A stretch of DNA of 64,000 nucleotides. It comes from an uncultured Clostridia bacterium. Lineage in GTDB: Bacteria; Bacillota; Clostridia; Oscillospirales; Ruminococcaceae. Below are positions 50,217 to 59,157 of the stretch, piece by piece. The notes beneath the pieces are model-generated. The model was not told the origin of the DNA. It made no database searches and saw only the letters and a list, made by a program, of their open reading frames with translations. A program made the position numbers and the translations under genes. The first letter of the stretch is position 1. Every line of letters starts with the position of its first letter. The stretch spans positions 38,844-102,843 of the forward strand of contig CANQPL010000006.1 of the NCBI GenBank assembly GCA_947625735.1. Direction: 5' to 3'.

Positions 50217-50252
50217 CCGACCGATCGTAAGCCATATTTTACGATCGGTCGG
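50217..50252 (+). terminator. Terminator of the clp ATPase gene
   Basis: CCGACCGATCGTAA...TTACGATCGGTCGG, 14-bp perfect stem. Confidence 0.75.
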
Positions 50253-50343
50253 AATTTGTTTATGCTCCGAAAAGATTCTATGTGTAAAGAGTTTTTGCTT
50301 TACATATGAAGGTTAACTATCCGCTGCACAGAGATTATGTAAT

Positions 50344-50380
50344 TGATATAATTTTAGCACTCTACACATAAGAGTGCTAA
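50344..50380 (+). promoter_or_regulatory. Extended -10 promoter plus perfect CIRCE (HrcA operator)
   Basis: TGaTATAAT (50344-52) then TTAGCACTC-N9-GAGTGCTAA (50354-80). Confidence 0.9.
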
Positions 50381-50492
50381 AATTTACAGAAACGTAATAT
50401 TATATGCTTATAAATTTAATATTTTACGGATATACTTATAATTGCAGAGATGAAAAAAGCAGCGTACTCTTTTAAATAGTACACTGCTTATG

Positions 50493-50844
50493 TGGTGGAG
50501 ATGACGGGAATCGAACCCGTGTCCGAAAACCGATCCGCACGACTTTCTACGAGCGTAGTCTGTTTATATCATTCCCTCGGAAAACGGCGAACAGACACGC
50601 CGTTAACCTTGGTAGCCTGCAATACATTCTGTGAGCGCAGGCACTCTCACAGAACGTTCACCGCAAATCGACGCCCGTCATTAAGCTGCGGTCTTCTCAA
50701 TACGGACGAGCAGCACTCAAGCGGCTGCTAATTCAAAATTACGATTGTCGTCTAATTTTAAAACGTGTGCGTTTTAAAGAGATCAGCACAATTCTCTGCT
50801 CGCTTATCCTGTTTCACGATCCCCGTCGAAGCCTTTACATCCCC
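50493..50844 (-). ncRNA. ssrA: tmRNA; tag peptide (A)DDNRNFELAAA
   Basis: 5' GGGGATGTAAAGGCTTCGACGGGG, 3' GGTTCGATTCCCGTCATCTCCACCA; tag ORF 50752-50717; directly downstream of smpB; terminator hairpin ~50457-50489. Confidence 0.95.
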
Positions 50845-50847
50845 GTT

Positions 50848-51318
50848 TTATCTGTTTTTCTCCTTGATTGCTCTGGCAATATCACGCTTTGCAGCCTCAG
50901 CAGCCATGGCGTCCCGCTTATCGTGAAGCTTTTTACCTTTACACAGCCCCACCTGCACCTTTACCCTTGAACCCTTGAAATAAAGAGAAATTGGAATAAG
51001 TGTCAAGCCCTCCTGCTTTACAGTGCCAAACAGCTTATTGATCTCCTTTTTATGGAGAAGAAGCCTTCGCACACGCATAGGATCACGGTTAAAGATGTTG
51101 CCGTGGTCGTAAGGGGAGATATGCATTCCCTTGACCCAAAGCTCACCGTCCTCAATGGTACACCATGAATCCTTAAGATTCACACCGCCCTTGCGGATAG
51201 CCTTGACCTCTGTGCCTACAAGCTCGATGCCTGCTTCATAGCTTTCTAAAATGAAATAATCGTGCCTTGCCTTGCGGTTTTCGGCAATGGTTTTAAACGC
51301 TTGTTTTTCCGCAGACAT
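50848..51318 (-). CDS. smpB: SsrA-binding protein
   Basis: [37 protein letters not shown]. Confidence 0.97.
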   Translation of the reverse strand: MSAEKQAFKTIAENRKARHDYFILESYEAGIELVGTEVKAIRKGGVNLKDSWCTIEDGELWVKGMHISPYDHGNIFNRDPMRVRRLLLHKKEINKLFGTVKQEGLTLIPISLYFKGSRVKVQVGLCKGKKLHDKRDAMAAEAAKRDIARAIKEKNR

Positions 51319-51353
51319 ATTGCAGCACGTCCTTTCGTTAAAAGCTAATTATC

Positions 51354-51403
51354 ATTATAACACATCTTTTTTCCCTTGTCAAGAGATTTTTTTATGATAT
51401 TTT
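51354..51403. promoter_or_regulatory. Overlapping divergent promoters for smpB (-) and clpB (+)
   Basis: Minus: TTGACA(51382-77)-17-TGtTATAAT(51359-54). Plus: TTGTCA(51376-81)-16-TGaTATTTT (weaker). Confidence 0.6.
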
Positions 51404-51452
51404 CGTCTGATGGCGACAAAATAACAATTCCCAACAGAAAGGAAGATGCTTT

Positions 51453-54086
51453 ATGAATATGCAGAAGCTCACCAAAAAAACAATTGAAGCAATACAGGCT
51501 GCCCAGCAGACGGCAGCAGAGTATCAGAACAACAATGTAGACCAGTGTCATCTGCTGTACGCTCTGATGACGCAGGAAAACGGACTTATTCCTCAGCTTA
51601 TGAAGAAACTGGGAAAAGATGCTGATGTTATAGCAGGCAGCCTTGAAAGGATCATAGGAGGTCTGCCGAAAGTAACGGGCAGCGGACGTGATATGAATAC
51701 GGTTTACATTTCACGATCCCTTGACAAGCTCTTAAACGGTGCCGAGAATATCGCAAAAAGCATGGGCGACGAGTTTGTTTCCGTGGAACACATTATGCTT
51801 TCCTTTTTCGATAACAGCGACAAGGAAATAAGCAGACTCCTGTCCGATCTTGCAATTGATAAAGACGCATTTCTCAAAGCCTTGCAGGAGGTCAGGGGCA
51901 ATCAGCGGGTCACTACGGATACTCCCGAGGATACCTATGATGTTCTGAAAAAATACGGTCAGGATCTGGTGGAGCTTGCAAGGCAGAATAAGCTGGATCC
52001 CGTTATCGGCAGAGACAGCGAGATTAGAAACGCTATCCGCATACTGTCAAGAAAAACAAAGAATAATCCCGTTCTCATAGGTGAACCGGGTGTCGGCAAG
52101 ACTGCCATTGCAGAGGGACTTGCACAGCGTATCGTCAGAGGAGATGTCCCTGATAATCTGAAGGACAGAAAGCTGTTCTCTCTGGATATGGGCGCACTTA
52201 TTTCAGGTGCAAAATTCAGAGGTGAATTTGAGGAAAGGCTTAAAGCTGTTCTCAATGAGGTAAAGAAGTCAGAGGGAAAGATCATTCTGTTTATTGATGA
52301 GCTTCATACCATTGTAGGCGCAGGCAAGACCGACGGCGCAATGGACGCAGGCAATCTTTTAAAGCCTATGCTTGCAAGGGGAGAGCTTCACTGTATAGGT
52401 GCTACAACCCTTAACGAATACCGTCTTTATATCGAAAAAGATCCTGCTCTTGAAAGACGTTTCCAGCCTGTTCATGTTCCCGAGCCTACAGTTGAGGATA
52501 CGATCTCCATTTTGAGAGGTCTTAAAGAAAGATATGAAGTTTTCCATGGCGTAAAGATACAGGACAGCGCACTTATAACTGCTGCGGTTTTGTCAAACCG
52601 TTATATTTCCGACAGATTCCTTCCCGATAAAGCCATTGATCTTGTAGATGAGGCTTGCGCGCTTATCCATACGGAAATGAATTCCATGCCGACTGAGCTT
52701 GACGATATCGCAAGAAAGATAATGCAGAAGGAGATAGCGGAAACTGCTCTTAAAAAGGAGGAGGACAAGCTCTCAAAGGAGCAGCTTGCAGAGGTACAGA
52801 AGGAGCTTTCCGAGCTGCGTGATGAATTTTCCGCAATGAAAACACGCTGGGAAAATGAGAAAAATTCAATTTCCCGTCTGCAAAAGCTCCGTGAGGATAT
52901 TGAAAAGACCAATTCGGACATTGCGGACGCAGAAAGAAATTACGACCTTAACAAGGCTGCGGAGCTTAAATACGGCAAGCTGCCTGCACTGAAAAAGGAG
53001 CTTGAAGAAGCCGAGGACGCCGCTGATGATTACGAGAAAAATACACTCCTGCGTGATAAGGTCACCGATGAGGAGATCGCAAAGATCGTGGGCAGATGGA
53101 CGGGCATTCCCGTATCAAAGCTCATGGAGGGGGAGCGTGAAAAGCTCCTGCATCTGGAGGAGCTGCTGCATCAGCGTGTTATAGGTCAGGACGAGGCAGT
53201 GGAAAAGGTAAGCGAAGCCATTCTCCGTTCAAGAGCGGGGATACAGGATCCAAACAGACCATTAGGCTCTTTCATGTTCATGGGACCTACGGGTGTGGGA
53301 AAGACCGAGCTTGCAAAGGCTCTGGCGCAGGCGCTTTTTGATGATGAGAAAAATATCGTCCGGATTGACATGACCGAATATATGGAAAAGCATTCGGTAA
53401 GCCGTCTTATCGGCGCACCTCCGGGATATGTGGGCTATGAGGAGGGCGGTCAGCTGACCGAGGCAATACGCCGCAAACCCTATGCAGTGGTGCTTTTTGA
53501 CGAGGTTGAAAAGGCTCACCCCGATGTGTTCAATATTCTGCTTCAGGTGCTTGATGACGGACGTATCACCGATTCTCAGGGAAGAACTGTTGATTTTAAG
53601 AATACGATCATCATACTGACATCTAATCTGGGTTCCGACTATATTCTTGACGGCATCAACGAGGAAAATGAGATAACACCCGAGGCAAGAGCGCAGGTAG
53701 ACAGGCTGCTCAAATCTCACTTCCGACCCGAATTTCTCAACCGTCTTGACGAGATAGTGTTCTACAAGCCTCTTTCCAAAAAGGAAATATATCCCATTAT
53801 TGACCTTATGCTTGCCGATCTGCGCAGGAGATTAAAGGACAAGCAGCTTGACATCGAAGTGACAGATGCCGCAAAGGAGCTTATCGTCAAGGAGGGGTAT
53901 GACCCGATCTACGGCGCAAGACCGCTGAAAAGATATATTCAGCGCAAGCTTGAAACGCTTATCGCACGGGCTATGATCGCCGATGATCCGGAACCGTTCA
54001 CTGTAATACAGATAGACAGCGACGGAGAAAAAATGTCTTTGAAATTTATTGATCCTGTGCCGGAGACAGAAAACAAGGCTGAATAA
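51453..54086 (+). CDS. clpB: ATP-dependent chaperone ClpB
   Basis: Clp N-repeats, LDPVIGRD, long M-domain (KAAELKYG), [19 protein letters not shown]. Confidence 0.97.
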   Translation: MNMQKLTKKTIEAIQAAQQTAAEYQNNNVDQCHLLYALMTQENGLIPQLMKKLGKDADVIAGSLERIIGGLPKVTGSGRDMNTVYISRSLDKLLNGAENIAKSMGDEFVSVEHIMLSFFDNSDKEISRLLSDLAIDKDAFLKALQEVRGNQRVTTDTPEDTYDVLKKYGQDLVELARQNKLDPVIGRDSEIRNAIRILSRKTKNNPVLIGEPGVGKTAIAEGLAQRIVRGDVPDNLKDRKLFSLDMGALISGAKFRGEFEERLKAVLNEVKKSEGKIILFIDELHTIVGAGKTDGAMDAGNLLKPMLARGELHCIGATTLNEYRLYIEKDPALERRFQPVHVPEPTVEDTISILRGLKERYEVFHGVKIQDSALITAAVLSNRYISDRFLPDKAIDLVDEACALIHTEMNSMPTELDDIARKIMQKEIAETALKKEEDKLSKEQLAEVQKELSELRDEFSAMKTRWENEKNSISRLQKLREDIEKTNSDIADAERNYDLNKAAELKYGKLPALKKELEEAEDAADDYEKNTLLRDKVTDEEIAKIVGRWTGIPVSKLMEGEREKLLHLEELLHQRVIGQDEAVEKVSEAILRSRAGIQDPNRPLGSFMFMGPTGVGKTELAKALAQALFDDEKNIVRIDMTEYMEKHSVSRLIGAPPGYVGYEEGGQLTEAIRRKPYAVVLFDEVEKAHPDVFNILLQVLDDGRITDSQGRTVDFKNTIIILTSNLGSDYILDGINEENEITPEARAQVDRLLKSHFRPEFLNRLDEIVFYKPLSKKEIYPIIDLMLADLRRRLKDKQLDIEVTDAAKELIVKEGYDPIYGARPLKRYIQRKLETLIARAMIADDPEPFTVIQIDSDGEKMSLKFIDPVPETENKAE

Positions 54087-54092
54087 TTACGC

Positions 54093-54125
54093 AGATCCGC
54101 TCTTGTGAAAGGGCGGATCTTTTGT
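54093..54125 (+). terminator. clpB terminator
   Basis: AGATCCGCTCT...AGGGCGGATCT followed by T tract. Confidence 0.75.
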
Positions 54126-54155
54126 TTTTGCTGATAATTTACAGAATTGTTACCG

Positions 54156-54174
54156 TTTTTTTTTTTTTTTTTTT
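54156..54174. repeat. T19 homopolymer
   Basis: 19 consecutive T in the intergenic region upstream of 54268. Confidence 0.9.
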
Positions 54175-54267
54175 AACATTATATTTTTAACAATGATTTA
54201 TAATAGAAATGTATGATGAGATGCATAAAGGAACAGGAATGGTTCAAGGTGTGGGGAGGGAAAAACA

Positions 54268-54720
54268 ATGACAATTAAAGAAGCAATAAAAAAATGGAAT
54301 ACAACGGATAAAACCATGATAAAGTATCTTTCCGAAGGATATATTGACGGGGTGACAATAACGGACAACGTGGTTTACATTCCGGATATCGGGCAGCCGC
54401 TAAATATAGGAAATGTAAAATTTACCTGCGGTAAGATATATTATTACATTCTGAAAGCACTTGACGATCAGAGGTACATAAACAGTAATATGCTTAAAAT
54501 AACAGAAGAACAGTTTGAATTGTTTCTGTCCGCCCTGGAGAGTTCCGGGTATATTTCGGTTTCAACAGAAAGTAAACCCAAAAATTCGATACTTCGTTAT
54601 TACATTACGCCGGAAGGTGTCAATTTAATAAAAAGATGTAAAAATGAGATCAGCATAAAAAAATCGGGACTGATCGAGATAAATTTTAATCTTAATCTTA
54701 ATGCGATGAAAATTTTATAA
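54268..54720 (+). CDS. Hypothetical DNA-binding protein (N-terminal excisionase-like HTH plus winged helix)
   Basis: MTIKEAIKKWNTT..TMIKYLSEGYIDG; C-terminal LESSGYI...YYITPEG wing; RBS GGGAGG; AT-rich. Confidence 0.55.
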   Translation: MTIKEAIKKWNTTDKTMIKYLSEGYIDGVTITDNVVYIPDIGQPLNIGNVKFTCGKIYYYILKALDDQRYINSNMLKITEEQFELFLSALESSGYISVSTESKPKNSILRYYITPEGVNLIKRCKNEISIKKSGLIEINFNLNLNAMKIL

Positions 54721-54946
54721 GGCTGCTATGAAAGAAATTTTTTTGAAGTTCTGAGCTTTTACGCACAGAAAAATCAAATCAATAATTAAAACATTATAAA
54801 CGTAATCTGCTTTAAAAAGAGGATACTGTCAAGAAAAAAACGGAAATCAAAAAACTAAATACAGGAGTTTTTATTGCAGTAAGATCCTATTCCATAAAGT
54901 TTAAACTTTTGGTGAGTGACAATAGCCCGGGAAAGAGGAAAAAAGT

Positions 54947-56479
54947 ATGAAAAAAATCGTATGTAATTCGTGTGGTACAAAAAACAATAGAAACAATGCA
55001 TTCTGCTCAAAATGCGGCGCAGACCTTTCCGCACAGGAAAATGAAAACTTTCAGATAGGGGAGGCTGTGGAAAATAACGGTGTAATTGTCCGTGAGAAGA
55101 GTAAATCAAAAATATTACCGATCATTATTTGCATAGTTCTTATAATTGCAGCGATATTTGCGGCATTAAAACTGATTAACGCAAATGGGACGAAAGAAAA
55201 AGGGTATGCAGTCAATATGTTCAATGACGGTCTTGTGCCTTACAGAAGCGGAGAAAAATACGGATATCTTGATATGAATGGTGATAGTGTCATCAATCCT
55301 CAATTTGACAGCGTATCGGATTTCAGCGAAGGACTTGCTTGTGTCGGAATAAAGAGCGGAGATGATATAAAATACGGATATATAGACACGTCCGGCAATT
55401 ATATCATTGATACACAGTATGATAGTGCATATGATTTTATTGATGGCATTGCCTTTGTAGCAACCGGAGACTATTGGGGCGTTATAGACAGAGAAGGAAA
55501 ATATATCATTAATCCTCAATATACAGACTCACAGATAGAATACGTGGGGAACGGTATGTTCCTTATTTTGGATTCAAGTGGTGATTATGCGAACCTGACA
55601 GATCTGAACGGCAATAAAATATCTGAAACAAGATTTAGTAAAGTTTATTTTAGTCTTCCAATATTAAGCCTTTACTATTATTTCAAAAAGTCAGATTCCG
55701 ATCTGATACCTCTTAGGACGATAAGCGATAAACGTTGTTATATAGACAGTGAAGGAAAAACAGTTATAGATGCACAATTTGACGATGCCAGTAATTTTTT
55801 CGACGGATTAGCTTGTATAGGAATGAGGCAAGGCTCCGGTGATAATTCAAAAACAAAGTATGGTTATATTGATGAGTCCGGAAATATAGTCATAAATCCG
55901 CAGTTTGACAGTGCCGGTCATTTCAGCGAAGGAATGGCATATTTCGGAATGGGTAACAGTGAATCCGGTTATACTTACGGTTATATTGACAAAAACGGCA
56001 AATATGTTATAAACCCTCAATATGATTATGCATATAGTTTTAAAAACGGAAGGGCTATTGTAGAAAAACATGATTCAGATGAAGTCAGCAAATATGGTAT
56101 GATAGATAAAGACGGAAATATAATTATGGAAATCAAATATGATGAGCTGAGTAATGATTACGACAGTGGATATGTTCTGTTTAAATCTGACGGAAAATAC
56201 GGTTATGCTGACTATGATGGGACAGTTAAGATAAGCAGCCGGTATCCTTGGGCAAGTCCTTTTACTTCTGACGGATACGCTGTTGTTGCTACAGAAAACA
56301 AACAATTTGCTATAATTGTTAAAAAAGGTAACCAGCTTTGGGACAAGCTTTTTGACGGTGTAGGAAATACAGATTTTGATTCATTAATATATGAATTTTG
56401 TAAGATAGACGGCTGCTATAACTGGGGATGGGCGCCTGAAGGATATTGTATCGACCATTATTATGAGTTTGAAGATTAG
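54947..56479 (+). CDS. Zinc-ribbon plus TM plus WG-repeat (KWG/WG_beta_rep) surface protein
   Basis: CNSCG...CSKCG; TM; repeated KYGYID..G..VINPQFD.A..FSEG.A units. Confidence 0.85.
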   Translation: MKKIVCNSCGTKNNRNNAFCSKCGADLSAQENENFQIGEAVENNGVIVREKSKSKILPIIICIVLIIAAIFAALKLINANGTKEKGYAVNMFNDGLVPYRSGEKYGYLDMNGDSVINPQFDSVSDFSEGLACVGIKSGDDIKYGYIDTSGNYIIDTQYDSAYDFIDGIAFVATGDYWGVIDREGKYIINPQYTDSQIEYVGNGMFLILDSSGDYANLTDLNGNKISETRFSKVYFSLPILSLYYYFKKSDSDLIPLRTISDKRCYIDSEGKTVIDAQFDDASNFFDGLACIGMRQGSGDNSKTKYGYIDESGNIVINPQFDSAGHFSEGMAYFGMGNSESGYTYGYIDKNGKYVINPQYDYAYSFKNGRAIVEKHDSDEVSKYGMIDKDGNIIMEIKYDELSNDYDSGYVLFKSDGKYGYADYDGTVKISSRYPWASPFTSDGYAVVATENKQFAIIVKKGNQLWDKLFDGVGNTDFDSLIYEFCKIDGCYNWGWAPEGYCIDHYYEFED

Positions 56480-56709
56480 CCTGAAAAAGTTTATTTTCAG
56501 AAATAGCAGCCGGTTCAAAATCAGAAATAGTGGCGATTTGGTCAAATCTTACGGGTTCAAGTGAATCAAAATGTTATGCTGCCGGAAATTTTATGCGGTT
56601 CTCCTTTTATAACCTCTGCAAAAAAAGGTAAAAAAATATATTAAAATTAAATTTGCATTTCTCCCCGAAACGTGTTATAATTATATAAAACGCAAGGGGA
56701 GGATTTTTT

Positions 56710-57411
56710 ATGCCTTTTTCGCCAAAAACACTTGATTTTCTTTTCGAGAACCGTATAAACGACAGTAAAGCATGGTTTCAGGCTCACAAGGACGATTTTA
56801 ACGAATATGTAAAAAAGCCCATGGAGGAGCTTTGCGAAAGGCTCAGACCATATATCGCTGAAATAGATGAGCAGTGCAATGTGACGCATATTTCAAGAAT
56901 TTACAGGGACACAAGGTTTGCAAAGGGCAAGTCGATATACAGGGAAAATATGTGGTGTACCTACAGTCATGTGAGGGATCTTTATAAATCTCTGCCCGCA
57001 TTCTATTTTGATATTTCCGCAAAAGGATTTGAATACGGCTGCGGCTGGTATGTGGCGTCTGCGGATACCATGAACGCATACAGAAGTCTTATCCTTTCCG
57101 ATTCTCCGATCTTCACAGCGGCTCAGGCTGCCTATGACGATCAGGACACATTTACGCTTTACGGCGATCTCTATAAGCGCAACAAATTTCCCGAAGAAAG
57201 CGAGGAAAAATGCTTCTGGCTCAACCGTAAAAATACCGGTCTTACTGCACTTCTTACCGACTGGGACATTATTTTTTCCGATGAGCTTGCCGATTTCGCA
57301 GGAAAGAAGATGTCGGAAACAGCCGCCGTTTATGATTTTTTTATGAAAGCCGAGGAAATTGCAGCAAAGGAGAGAAAAGGATTGTCACCTTCGGGTCATG
57401 AAAATTCATAA
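56710..57411 (+). CDS. DUF2461 family protein
   Basis: FSPKTLDFL..N..NDSKAWFQAHK, ISRIYRDTRFAK. Confidence 0.75.
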   Translation: MPFSPKTLDFLFENRINDSKAWFQAHKDDFNEYVKKPMEELCERLRPYIAEIDEQCNVTHISRIYRDTRFAKGKSIYRENMWCTYSHVRDLYKSLPAFYFDISAKGFEYGCGWYVASADTMNAYRSLILSDSPIFTAAQAAYDDQDTFTLYGDLYKRNKFPEESEEKCFWLNRKNTGLTALLTDWDIIFSDELADFAGKKMSETAAVYDFFMKAEEIAAKERKGLSPSGHENS

Positions 57412-57419
57412 TTTCCCTA

Positions 57420-57482
57420 TTGAAAATTATATAGTGAAATGGTATAATTATAGACGTATTGTATCCATTTTGTATTGTATCC
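57420..57482 (+). promoter_or_regulatory. Promoter of S-component-coaX operon followed by an 11-bp direct repeat
   Basis: TTGAAA(57420-25)-17-TGgTATAAT(57443-48); GTATTGTATCC at 57456 and 57472. Confidence 0.65.
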
Positions 57483-57514
57483 CATTGGGAATAATAACAA
57501 GGAGGATCTGTTTT

Positions 57515-58129
57515 ATGAAAAAGTTTGACACAAAGAGTATGGTACTTATTGCACTGCTCACAGGTATCCTTATCGTGATGACAATGACGCCTATCGGTTA
57601 CCTTAATATAGGACCGCTGAGCATCACGCTTCAGATGATACCCGTTGCCCTCGGAGCCATTGCACTCGGACCGGCAGGCGGAGCGTTTCTCGGATTCGTT
57701 TTCGGTATGACGAGCTTTGTAAGACTCTTTACGGTAAGCAATTTCCTGAGCCTTGTAATGGTGCCTGAGCCTGCACTTGCGGCTGTGGTGTGCATCGTGC
57801 CGAGAACACTGATGGGACTTATTGTAGGTCTTGTATTCAAGGCGATCTCTGCAGGAGTAAAGACCGAAGAAAAGATCTACAAGTTCTATCCGCTCATGGG
57901 AACGCTGGCAGCAGCCTGCAATACGCTTCTGTTCATGTCCTTTTTTCTTACCATCTTCTCTCACAGCGATACGATGATGGATAAAAGAGGCGGAGCGGGG
58001 ATCCTTGCATTTGCCGTTACTCTTGTAGGTGTAAACGCAATTTACGAGATCATTGCAGCAACAGTTATCACCGGAGCGATCGCAGTCGCTCTGAGAAAAG
58101 CAAGACTTATCAAACCTCTTGCCGCATGA
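57515..58129 (+). CDS. ECF S component, probably pantothenate (PanT-like)
   Basis: TPIGYLNIGPLSITLQMIPVALGAI..GP..GAFLGFVFG; co-transcribed with coaX; start after AAGGAGG. Confidence 0.8.
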   Translation: MKKFDTKSMVLIALLTGILIVMTMTPIGYLNIGPLSITLQMIPVALGAIALGPAGGAFLGFVFGMTSFVRLFTVSNFLSLVMVPEPALAAVVCIVPRTLMGLIVGLVFKAISAGVKTEEKIYKFYPLMGTLAAACNTLLFMSFFLTIFSHSDTMMDKRGGAGILAFAVTLVGVNAIYEIIAATVITGAIAVALRKARLIKPLAA

Positions 58130-58156
58130 TCCCGGGTAGGGAAAGGACGGAGAATA

Positions 58157-58921
58157 ATGGTTTTCGCAGTCGATATCGGCAACTCAAACATTGTTGTTGG
58201 CGGGGTAGAAAGGGGAAAAATCCGTTTTACAGAGCGGATCTCCACCGATAAAAGAGCCACGGATTTTGAGTACGCCGTTTCATTCAGAAATGCTCTGGAG
58301 ATGCATGGGACAGATGCCCGTGACATTGAGGGCGCAATTATTTCCTCGGTGGTGCCGAGCATCACAAACACAGTCAGGGCTGCGATAAAGAAATTTTCGG
58401 GGAAGGAAGCAATGATAGTAGGTCCCGGCATAAGAACGGGACTAAGCATCAAGATAGACAATCCCGCACAGCTGGGAAGCGATCTTGTAGTGGGTGCGGT
58501 TGCGGGAATAAATGAGTATTCCTGTCCGCTTGTGATAATCGACATGGGTACAGCAAACACAATTTCCGTTATCGGAGCGGATAAGGATTATCTGGGCGGT
58601 GTTATAATGCCCGGTATGAAAATTTCGCTGGAATCACTTACAAGCGGCACATCTCAGCTTCCCACCATAGGTTTTGAGCCTCCCAGACGGCTCATCGGAC
58701 GCAACACTGTTGAATGTATGAAAAGCGGCTTTTTAAACGGCAACGCCGCTTGTATTGACGGAATGCTCGACCGTATCGCCGAAGAATTGGGAGAAACGCC
58801 CACAGCAGTTGCTACGGGAGGTCTTGCTTCGGTAGTGATCCCGCTTTGCAGAAAGAAGATCGTTATTGACGATGATCTTATGCTTAAAGGTCTGGATCTG
58901 ATTTATCAGAAGAACAAGTAA
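58157..58921 (+). CDS. coaX: Type III pantothenate kinase
   Basis: VDIGNSN, ISSVVP, LGSDL, IDMGTA, GGVIMPG, ATGG, LKGL. Confidence 0.95.
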   Translation: MVFAVDIGNSNIVVGGVERGKIRFTERISTDKRATDFEYAVSFRNALEMHGTDARDIEGAIISSVVPSITNTVRAAIKKFSGKEAMIVGPGIRTGLSIKIDNPAQLGSDLVVGAVAGINEYSCPLVIIDMGTANTISVIGADKDYLGGVIMPGMKISLESLTSGTSQLPTIGFEPPRRLIGRNTVECMKSGFLNGNAACIDGMLDRIAEELGETPTAVATGGLASVVIPLCRKKIVIDDDLMLKGLDLIYQKNK

Positions 58922-59157
58922 TTTTAATTTATATGTGATACAATACAAAACGTCCCCGATACTCGTTATGAATATCGGGGATAGTTTTATTTTCGGAAAA
59001 GATCATATTTCAGCCGCATTAATTTTTTGTCCTTGACACAATCTGCCAAATTATGACAAAATTTATTATATGGACAAGAAAAATTAACAAATAAATCTCC
59101 TCATCGGTTATAATGATAAGTACAGACTTCTCCCAAAAATGTGAAAGGAGACTTTCC

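Noticed and set aside
50493-50530. tRNA gene or integrated element at the tmRNA 3' end
   Set aside because: The tRNA-like arm belongs to tmRNA, and I found no duplicate of the ssrA 3' end elsewhere in the window to mark an attR.
50492-50731. 79-aa + strand ORF
   Set aside because: It is the antisense of tmRNA, with no RBS.
47916-54086. Two Clp ATPases as a novel duplication
   Set aside because: They are distinct standard families (zinc-motif ClpC/E-like and ClpB) common in Clostridia.
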